This document shows, piece after piece, positions 10,128-17,168 of a DNA stretch of 64,000 nt. The notes beneath the pieces were generated by a model that saw only the letters and a program-made list of their open reading frames with translations, did not search any database and had not been told where the DNA came from. The position numbers were made by a program, and so were the translations under genes. The DNA lies in contig JANWYV010000022.1 in NCBI GenBank assembly GCA_025055075.1, positions 3,120 through 67,119 on the forward strand, read 5' to 3'. Every line of letters starts with the position of its first letter. The stretch's first letter is position 1. This stretch comes from Blastocatellia bacterium. GTDB lineage: Bacteria > Acidobacteriota > Blastocatellia > HR10.

Positions 10128-10227
10128 GGCGCCTTTCATTGTAGCGCAGCCGCGCGCTCGGACGCTATGGACATCTCACGCGCTCCGTGAGCGCACGGGG
10201 GACCCGGGGAGGATCGCTTCGCACGGT

Positions 10228-10241
10228 GGGAATAAATTCCC
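10228..10241. promoter_or_regulatory. Perfect 14-bp palindrome GGGAATAAATTCCC in the divergent glgC / ccp promoter region
   Basis: Read directly. A second ATTCCCC half-site follows 14 nt downstream. Confidence 0.4.
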
Positions 10242-10309
10242 GCTACCGGTGTGTATTCCCCTATGGAAGATTTTCGAGAGAGGATCGAGGCCATAAGGAG
10301 GGAAACCGT

Positions 10310-11551
10310 ATGGAGGGAAGAAGGATGAGATGCACGAAGCTGCTCGTCCTGGGACTCATCCTCGTCGGGTTCGGCATTGGGATGGGGGGAACACGCACGA
10401 GTGCTCCTAGCCCCCAGAAGTTTCAGATCCAGATCCCCTTGGGGATCCCTGCCGATCTCTGGGAGATGATGATTCCAGCCGATAATCCAATGACCGAAGC
10501 CAAGGTCGCCCTCGGTCGCGATCTCTATTTCGATAAGCGGCTTTCCGTAGACAATACCGTCAGCTGCGCGACCTGTCACGACCCGCGCTTCGCGTTCACT
10601 GATGGGAAGCCCGTCTCCGAAGGAGTTGGGGGCAAAAAGGGCGCGCGGAATGCGCCGACGGTGCTGAACGCGATGTTCAATGAGGAGCAATTCTGGGATG
10701 GACGAGCGAAGACGCTCGAAGAACAAGTCTTGCAACCGCTCATCAATCCCGTCGAGATGGCCATGCCCTCGCATGATGCCGTCGTGGCGAAGGTCCGTGG
10801 CATCCCGGAATACGTCCGGCGCTTCCAAGAAGTCTTCGGCGGGCGCAATCCGGTGACCATCGAGAACATCGCCAAGGCGATCGCTGCCTTCGAGCGCACG
10901 CTCCTTTCGGGGGATTCGCCCTTTGATCGCTTCATAGCGGGCAATCCGAACGCCATCAGCGAGGCCGCTCGCCGTGGGTGGGAGTTATTCAAGGGGAAAG
11001 CTCGCTGCATCACCTGTCATGAGTTCAATCCATCCTCGCCCTTCTTCACCGATTTCAAGTATCACAACATCGGCATCGGCATGAAAGCCACGCAGAATTT
11101 CGAACCGCTCGTGCGGCAGATTCAGCAAATGGCCCAGGAGAATCGCCTGACGGCGGAAGCGCTCGATCGGCTCGCGCTCACCGAAGGATTCTCCGAGCTC
11201 GGGCGCTTTCTCGTGACCCGTCAGCCGAAAGACTTGGGGGCGTTCAAGACCTCCCCCTTGCGCGACATCGAGCTAACGGCCCCCTACATGCACGATGGGA
11301 GTTTGAAGACGCTCCGCGAAGTGATTGATTTCTACGACAGGGGCGGCGAGCCCAATCCGAATCTCGACGGTGGGATCGTGAAGCTCAATCTCACCGAGCA
11401 AGAGAAGGCGGATCTAGAGGAGTTCCTGAAAAGTCTGACGAGCGATTGGGTGCGGCGGGTCGCTCGTGGGGAGATCAAGCTGGCCGCCGGACCCACTTCC
11501 GAGAATCCGACGCCGAACCTGGCGCGTGGTTCTCGGTCTTCGAGGAGGTGA
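10310..11551 (+). CDS. ccp: Di-haem cytochrome c peroxidase (BCCP/MauG family)
   Basis: Two CxxCH motifs (CATCH, CITCH). Conserved PYMHDGS and FKTSPLRD motifs. Signal peptide after MEGRRMRCTKLLVLG. AAGGAGGG RBS upstream of ATG 10310. Confidence 0.85.
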   Translation: MEGRRMRCTKLLVLGLILVGFGIGMGGTRTSAPSPQKFQIQIPLGIPADLWEMMIPADNPMTEAKVALGRDLYFDKRLSVDNTVSCATCHDPRFAFTDGKPVSEGVGGKKGARNAPTVLNAMFNEEQFWDGRAKTLEEQVLQPLINPVEMAMPSHDAVVAKVRGIPEYVRRFQEVFGGRNPVTIENIAKAIAAFERTLLSGDSPFDRFIAGNPNAISEAARRGWELFKGKARCITCHEFNPSSPFFTDFKYHNIGIGMKATQNFEPLVRQIQQMAQENRLTAEALDRLALTEGFSELGRFLVTRQPKDLGAFKTSPLRDIELTAPYMHDGSLKTLREVIDFYDRGGEPNPNLDGGIVKLNLTEQEKADLEEFLKSLTSDWVRRVARGEIKLAAGPTSENPTPNLARGSRSSRR

Positions 11552-11556
11552 CCGCT

Positions 11557-12681
11557 ATGTGGCCTTTGAAATGGAAGAAACGCGAACAGGAGTATCGTCG
11601 GCAGCGTGAAGAATTCTTCGAGGCTGTGAAGCGGCTCAACCGTCGGGACTTCCTGAAAATCGCGAGTCTCTCGGCGGCCGTCTTCACGGCGAAACACGTT
11701 GTCCCACCCCATTCGTTCCAAGTCGTGGACGTCGTGCGGGCCGATCCGCAGGAGAAGCCACTCTTCCGCTTCGCTTACATCTCCGATACGCACCTGTATG
11801 AGCGGGAGCTGAACGAACGCTTCGTGAATGCGGCCTTGCGCGCCGTGCGCGATGTCAATGCCCTGAATCCGCCTCCGGATTTCGTGATCTTCGGCGGCGA
11901 TTTGGCGCAGCTCGGGCAGGCGAAAGAGTTGGAGCTGGGGAAGCAGATCCTGAGCGAGCTGAAGGTGCCGGTGAAGATGATGGTCGGCGAGCACGATTGG
12001 TTCCTCGACATGGGCGAGAAATGGCGCGAGTTGTTCGGGCCCGAGAATTACTCCTTCGATCATAAGGGCGTGCACTTCATCGTCCTGATGAGCGTGCACG
12101 AGAAGGACTTCTGGACCGCGCGAGGGATGACGCCCATGGAGCGCATGCTCACGGTCGCGCAGCTTGATAATCCCCTCCAGAGCCCGTTCGAGGTGGGCGA
12201 GGCAGGACGTGAGTGGTTGCGGCGCGATCTGGCAAAAGTCTCCAAGGACACGCCCATCATCATCTTCTCGCACTCGCCACTCTACAAGTACTATCGCCCG
12301 TGGAACTTCTGGACCGAGGATGCGGAGGAGATTCACAAGATGCTCGCTCCGTTCAAGTCGGTGACGGTGATCCATGGGCACACGCATCAGTTGCTGACGA
12401 ATCGGATCCAGAACATCCACTTCCACGGGATGCTCGCGACGGCCTGGCCGTGGCCCTACGCTCCAGAGGGCTTGCCGAAGTTGACCGTGCCGATGAATCG
12501 TCCGGATCCTTTCGACGAAGCCGATGGGACAGGATGGGGGACCGTGGACGTGCATCGCGACGGCTACGTGGACAAGCATTACAACCTCTGGAGCCGAAAC
12601 CCGATCACGGTCGCCAAGGCCTATCTGGAATCGTGGGGGAAGGAGGCGATCCCTCCGGCTCCCGAATTACCACCCTACTAG
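11557..12681 (+). CDS. Tat-exported calcineurin-like metallophosphoesterase
   Basis: Twin-arginine signal (NRRDFLKIASLSAAVFTA). Metallophosphoesterase motifs (YISDTHL, GGDLAQ, GEHDW, GHTHQ). GAGGAGGTGA RBS. Separated from ccp by only 5 nt. Confidence 0.8.
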   Translation: MWPLKWKKREQEYRRQREEFFEAVKRLNRRDFLKIASLSAAVFTAKHVVPPHSFQVVDVVRADPQEKPLFRFAYISDTHLYERELNERFVNAALRAVRDVNALNPPPDFVIFGGDLAQLGQAKELELGKQILSELKVPVKMMVGEHDWFLDMGEKWRELFGPENYSFDHKGVHFIVLMSVHEKDFWTARGMTPMERMLTVAQLDNPLQSPFEVGEAGREWLRRDLAKVSKDTPIIIFSHSPLYKYYRPWNFWTEDAEEIHKMLAPFKSVTVIHGHTHQLLTNRIQNIHFHGMLATAWPWPYAPEGLPKLTVPMNRPDPFDEADGTGWGTVDVHRDGYVDKHYNLWSRNPITVAKAYLESWGKEAIPPAPELPPY

Positions 12682-12694
12682 GGAGGAGGCGGCA

Positions 12695-13300
12695 ATGAGG
12701 ACGATGAAATTGTTCGTTCTGGTTCTCGGGATCGTTGGACTGGCGCTCGTGGCGACATCGCTTGAACGGCGAACGGTGGGCGCCCAAGAGCCGAAGGCGT
12801 CTGGCGGTTCCGATCGCCTCGTCGTGCAGTTGTGCGACGGAGAGACGAAGCTGGAGATCGCTGATGCCCGCGCTGGTGAAGTCCTGCCGCCGGAGAAAGC
12901 GCGCGAAGTCGCGCGACGCATGATGGCCGCTTATACCGAACAGCAGGCGAAGCAGGCCTCCAAGTGGACGGCGCGCGATCGCATGATCTGGGAGCGCGAG
13001 CTGAAGCGCACCATCGAGGAGGGATATAAGCTCTTCCACGATTGGCGAGCGCTCGGCGGAACCATCGGGATCTCCTGCGATATGTGCCATCCCGACGCGG
13101 CGGCGACGCATCCGGAGACCTACCCGAAATTCCAGACGCAGCTCAAGCGCATCGCCACGCTGCGCGATATGATCAACTGGTGCATCGAGAATCCGATGAA
13201 GGGGAAGCCCTTGGCGGCTGATGATCCGCGCATGATCGCGCTCGAAGCTTATATCACGAGCACGCGTAAGGGCGTTCCGCTTGAACCGGGGAAACATTGA
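12695..13300 (+). CDS. Monohaem c-type cytochrome, SoxX/SoxA-like class I fold
   Basis: Signal peptide. Single CDMCH haem motif followed by LRDMINWCIENPMKGKPL...ALEAYITS, which resembles the SoxAX-type cytochrome signature. GGGAGGAGG RBS. 13 nt downstream of the metallophosphoesterase. Confidence 0.7.
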   Translation: MRTMKLFVLVLGIVGLALVATSLERRTVGAQEPKASGGSDRLVVQLCDGETKLEIADARAGEVLPPEKAREVARRMMAAYTEQQAKQASKWTARDRMIWERELKRTIEEGYKLFHDWRALGGTIGISCDMCHPDAAATHPETYPKFQTQLKRIATLRDMINWCIENPMKGKPLAADDPRMIALEAYITSTRKGVPLEPGKH

Positions 13301-13310
13301 TGAACTCGGG

Positions 13311-13348
13311 GGGCTCCGCGCGCGTGCGCGTGGAGCCCTTCTTCGTGT
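13311..13348 (+). terminator. Rho-independent terminator-like hairpin after the cytochrome operon
   Basis: GGGCTCCGCGCG...CGCGTGGAGCCC stem with one mismatch, followed by TTCTTCGTGTG. Confidence 0.45.
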
Positions 13349-13614
13349 GAGCGACCGAGCAAAGCCGCCGACGAACCGCGAGATGAGTCCGAGCGAGGCG
13401 AGTGACACGAGCGTGACCGGAGTCCAGGATTAGATCGCTCGCAAGCTCGCGATGCAGAACAGACTTGATCTTCGTAGAGGAACCGCTTTGTTATCCCACG
13501 CCGAACGCGAATCGTCCGCTCCGTGGTGCGCTTGACGCCGAAATTCGTTCGCCTGTGGCTGGCGTTCGGTGCTCTGAGGGGGCGATGAAGCGCGAGACGT
13601 GGATGTCGGACAGG

Positions 13615-14583
13615 TTAAGAAAGGCGGCCACGCAATAGGCTGTAATACTCGATTTCCTCGGGGTCCTCGATCTTGTATTTCTCCCAGATCGTGGCATAGC
13701 CGCGAACAGCGCGCAAGATCTCAGCGACCGACGCGATGTCCTGCGGGAAGATGAGGTTGAAGTTCACTCCGGGAGCTCCCGCGCGCAGCAGATGCTCGAC
13801 GATCCCGATAGTGAGCTCTATGCCGAGGCGCACGACTTCTTCCTTGCTCTTGGCCCCATCCAATCGCTCCAAAATCCAGCGAGGAACCGGAATGTGCAAG
13901 CTCGTTTGTAAGAAGAGACAGCGACGCACGCTCGTGAGCGGAATCACAGAGGGGAGGATTGGGACCGCGATCCCCTGCGCGAGCGCCGCCTCCACATAGC
14001 GGACGTAGTTCGTGGGATCGGTGATGATGTTGGCGATGATGCCATCCGCGCCGGACTCGACCTTTTGTCGTTGATAGGCCATGTGCTTTGAGAGCGCATG
14101 CGCGGGATATTCCGGATGTCCGGCGACGAAGATGTCGATCGCGTACCCCTGCTCATCGCGATAGTCCCGAATGAGTCGGACCAATTCGACCGTGGAGAAT
14201 TTGAAGGCGTCCACTTCGCGCGAACGATGAGGTGTCGGATCGCCGCGAAGGATGAGGACATCGGAGACCGCCTTTCGATTCATCTCATCGGCGCGGCTGT
14301 AGACGCTGCGGATCGAGCCTTCATCGCGCGCCGTCAGATGAATGACGATCGGCGTCTCCGGTCTCCAGGCGCGAATCGTCTCCACGACCGAGAGCGGATT
14401 CATGCGAAAGCTGCCGCCCGTGCTGTTGGTCACGGCGATGCCCGCGATATCGAAGTCCTTCAGGGCGCGCACCATCTCGTCGGTCTTCACCATGGTCTTG
14501 TAATTCGCGGGCGGACTGATTTCGACGGTGAAGGTCTTCTCACCGGCGTCAGCTTTCGCGCGCAGTGTGCTGAGCAATGCCAT
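13615..14583 (-). CDS. metF: 5,10-methylenetetrahydrofolate reductase
   Basis: MTHFR family architecture over the full 322 aa (TIM barrel, FAD-binding region). Confidence 0.8.
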   Translation of the reverse strand: MALLSTLRAKADAGEKTFTVEISPPANYKTMVKTDEMVRALKDFDIAGIAVTNSTGGSFRMNPLSVVETIRAWRPETPIVIHLTARDEGSIRSVYSRADEMNRKAVSDVLILRGDPTPHRSREVDAFKFSTVELVRLIRDYRDEQGYAIDIFVAGHPEYPAHALSKHMAYQRQKVESGADGIIANIITDPTNYVRYVEAALAQGIAVPILPSVIPLTSVRRCLFLQTSLHIPVPRWILERLDGAKSKEEVVRLGIELTIGIVEHLLRAGAPGVNFNLIFPQDIASVAEILRAVRGYATIWEKYKIEDPEEIEYYSLLRGRLS

Positions 14584-14635
14584 CGTTCTCCCTCGCCGAC
14601 TGTTTGTCGGTTATAGCAGAAGCGCCGTGGGGGAT

Positions 14636-15118
14636 TCAAGTATCCGACGGCGCCGAGTGGGGCGCATCACAGCGGATCGTCACTTGGCGTGTCGTCTCGT
14701 CCAGCCAAAGGAATTCGACGCGGTAAATAAGGCGTGGCGTTCCCGCCTTTTGTTCGAGCCATTGGATCGGCACTTTCTCTCCCCATTCGATGGCGACCAC
14801 TGCCGGAGCGGCCAGGATCTCCGCCAAACCTAGATGCTCAATGACCGCGCGTGGATCATCGATGCGATAGAGGTCAATGTGGTAGAAAGGCCATCGCCCA
14901 TGATGGAGATTGACGAGGGTGAACGAGGGGCTGGTGACCTCGTCGGGATCGATATCCAATCCTGCGGCCAAACCTTTCGCGAAGACCGTCTTCCCCGCGC
15001 CCAGCTCTCCGATAAGGAGGAAAACCGCTGGCGTCTGGAGGGAACGCGCGAGGCCTTCAGCCAATGCGCGCGTCTCTTCAGCCGAGTGCGTGAGGAAGAC
15101 TCCCTGAACGCCGCTCAT
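14636..15118 (-). CDS. tsaE: tRNA threonylcarbamoyladenosine biosynthesis protein TsaE
   Basis: P-loop GELGAGKT and TSPSFTL motifs. 160 aa. The annotated start overlaps the nnr stop by 41 nt, so the true start may be an internal GTG. Confidence 0.8.
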   Translation of the reverse strand: MSGVQGVFLTHSAEETRALAEGLARSLQTPAVFLLIGELGAGKTVFAKGLAAGLDIDPDEVTSPSFTLVNLHHGRWPFYHIDLYRIDDPRAVIEHLGLAEILAAPAVVAIEWGEKVPIQWLEQKAGTPRLIYRVEFLWLDETTRQVTIRCDAPHSAPSDT

Positions 15119-16766
15119 CTTCTCCTCCCACCTGTGCGAGGGCTTCGCCCAGGTGCGCTGTCACATCTGAAGCGAGCATCGCGCGAGTGCCCACGCGCTG
15201 AGCCGCCAGATCGCCCGCCAACCCGTGCAGATATACAGCCGCGAGCACCGCATCCGTGGGATCTTCCCCTCGATCTTGCGCCAAACATCCGGCAAGAATT
15301 CCCGTCAGGACGTCGCCCGATCCCGCCGTCGCCAATCCCGCATTTCCCGTGGGATTTACATAGACCTGTCCATTCGGAGCGGCGATGAGCGTCCGATGAC
15401 CTTTGAGCACGAGCCAAACGTGATGCGCTGTGGCGAACTCGCGCGCGACCGAGACGCGATTCTCCAGGACGTACTGATTCGTGGCTCCGATCAAGCGCGC
15501 CATCTCGCCCGGATGTGGCGTCGCGATCACGGGACGCTCTCGCCCGTGAAGCTCCTCGGGCCAAGGTGCCAAGTTGTTGAGGCCATCGGCATCCACGATG
15601 ATCGGGCACCGCACGCGCGGGAGAAGCTCGCGCACAAAGCGCTGCGTACTCTGATGCGTCGTGAGCCCTGGACCAAGAGCGACCACATCGCGCTCGGCCG
15701 CCAAGTCCAACGCGCGAGCCAGCGCGTGCTCAGCGATTGTCCCTTCCGCTGTTTCCTCAAGCGCTTCGGTCATCGCTTCGGCGACCTGCGCGACGATGAC
15801 CGATTGACTACTTGGTGCAGTAGCGACTGTGACCAATCCCGCTCCTGCAGCGAGCGCCGCGCGCGCCGCCAGACAGGCCGCGCCCGGCTTGCCACGCGAT
15901 CCCGCGATCAATAGGACATGCCCGTAAGTCCCCTTGTGGCTGAGAGGCTGTCGGCGCGTCCGCTCCAGCCAGCGGCGCACGTCCGAGGCTTCGATCACAT
16001 TCAGCTTCGCTCCCACCGAATGGATCAATTCATCCGGGGACCCAATGGGCGCGACGACAACTTCCCCAGCATACAAGTACGCGGGTGGAAGCACCAAGGC
16101 GGGCTTCGGGGCCGTGAAGGTCACCGTCAGATCAGCGCGCACCGTTGGCCCGATCACATGCTCACGATCGGCGGCTAATCCTGATGGTAGATCAATTGCG
16201 ATGATGCGCGTCGCGCGCGGGGTCTCGGCGAATCGCGCGAGATCCGCAATGACTTCTCCATAGAGCCCTTCGGCCGGTCGCTCCAGTCCCGTCCCCAAAA
16301 GGCCATCCACGAGGAGATCATAGTGCGCCAGTCGCTCTCGAAACGCATGCCATACCGGCTGTCCGACGTCCTCGAAAAAGCGCAATGCGTCCGAGTGCGC
16401 GGCCAGATTTCGAACGATCTCAAAATTAACGCGCGCATCTCCCGAAGCATTCTCAACGCGTGCGAAGAGGAGGACGTCCACGCGCGCACGCCGCATCCAA
16501 GCTTGACGCGCGAAGGCGGCGCCATCTCCGCCATTGTTCCCTTTGCCGCACAGGACGAGAATATGCCGATCGGCGACTGCTCCGAACCTCTGTTCGAGCG
16601 CGCGAAGCGTCTGCGCGGCGGCATTCTCCATCAGGAGGAGGCTCGGAATCCCATACCGCTCCGTCGTCAACCGATCCACCTCGCGCACTTCGGCGGCCGT
16701 CAGCACTTTCATAGGCTTCATAAGTGTAGCACGAAGGTGAGGGGTGACGAATCGCGGATCGGCCAT
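15078..16766 (-). CDS. nnr: Bifunctional NAD(P)H-hydrate epimerase / ADP-dependent dehydratase
   Basis: YjeF-N (LVLCGKGNNGGDG) plus YjeF-C carbohydrate-kinase-like domains. Start chosen at ATG 16766, which has GGGAGAG upstream. Confidence 0.8.
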   Translation of the reverse strand: MADPRFVTPHLRATLMKPMKVLTAAEVREVDRLTTERYGIPSLLLMENAAAQTLRALEQRFGAVADRHILVLCGKGNNGGDGAAFARQAWMRRARVDVLLFARVENASGDARVNFEIVRNLAAHSDALRFFEDVGQPVWHAFRERLAHYDLLVDGLLGTGLERPAEGLYGEVIADLARFAETPRATRIIAIDLPSGLAADREHVIGPTVRADLTVTFTAPKPALVLPPAYLYAGEVVVAPIGSPDELIHSVGAKLNVIEASDVRRWLERTRRQPLSHKGTYGHVLLIAGSRGKPGAACLAARAALAAGAGLVTVATAPSSQSVIVAQVAEAMTEALEETAEGTIAEHALARALDLAAERDVVALGPGLTTHQSTQRFVRELLPRVRCPIIVDADGLNNLAPWPEELHGRERPVIATPHPGEMARLIGATNQYVLENRVSVAREFATAHHVWLVLKGHRTLIAAPNGQVYVNPTGNAGLATAGSGDVLTGILAGCLAQDRGEDPTDAVLAAVYLHGLAGDLAAQRVGTRAMLASDVTAHLGEALAQVGGEDERRSGSLPHALG

Positions 16767-17168
16767 TTCGCTCTCCCGATAGGGAAGTCCAGCTCGGGAG
16801 AGCGACGACTTCCTCTCAGAGCGCGAAGCCATGCGATAGGGGGCGAGCCAATGAACGGCGCGTGCGCCGCAGCCCTACGGAGATTCGCGTCGCTGCCAAA
16901 TGTGGCGTTCGATCTCTTCAAGTGGGAGCACTGATTGGGGGTAAGCGCTATGAGAATTGCGGCACATCATCGGTTTTGTGGCGGGCGCGGTCATGCGCCG
17001 ATAGAGGGCGGGCCATTGTCGGGAGCGGAGCCCTGATGACGTCGCGCCTGCGACGTCACACATCCTCTGCGTATGGGATTCTGCTCGCCGTGAAGACGGG
17101 GGAATCTAGGAGCGCTTGCGTCCAGCGGGTCTGAAGAAGCGCTCCCGATTTTCTATGGCGTCGAATTC

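Noticed and set aside
11557-12681. SoxB (thiosulfohydrolase) call for the Tat-exported metallophosphoesterase
   Set aside because: At 375 aa it is too short and lacks the C-terminal 5'-nucleotidase domain of SoxB. It is called only as a generic calcineurin-like phosphoesterase.
13301-13614. Possible small RNA or small ORF in the 315-nt gap between the cytochrome c gene and metF
   Set aside because: Only terminator-like hairpins for the two convergent transcripts were recognisable. The single track ORF here (13491..13697-) overlaps the metF 3' end and has no RBS.
16833-17168. ORF 16862..17134 (+, 90 aa) in the gap between nnr and the protease gene
   Set aside because: It has no RBS and an Arg/Ser-rich low-complexity translation. 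The region is better explained as the nnr promoter plus the protease terminator.
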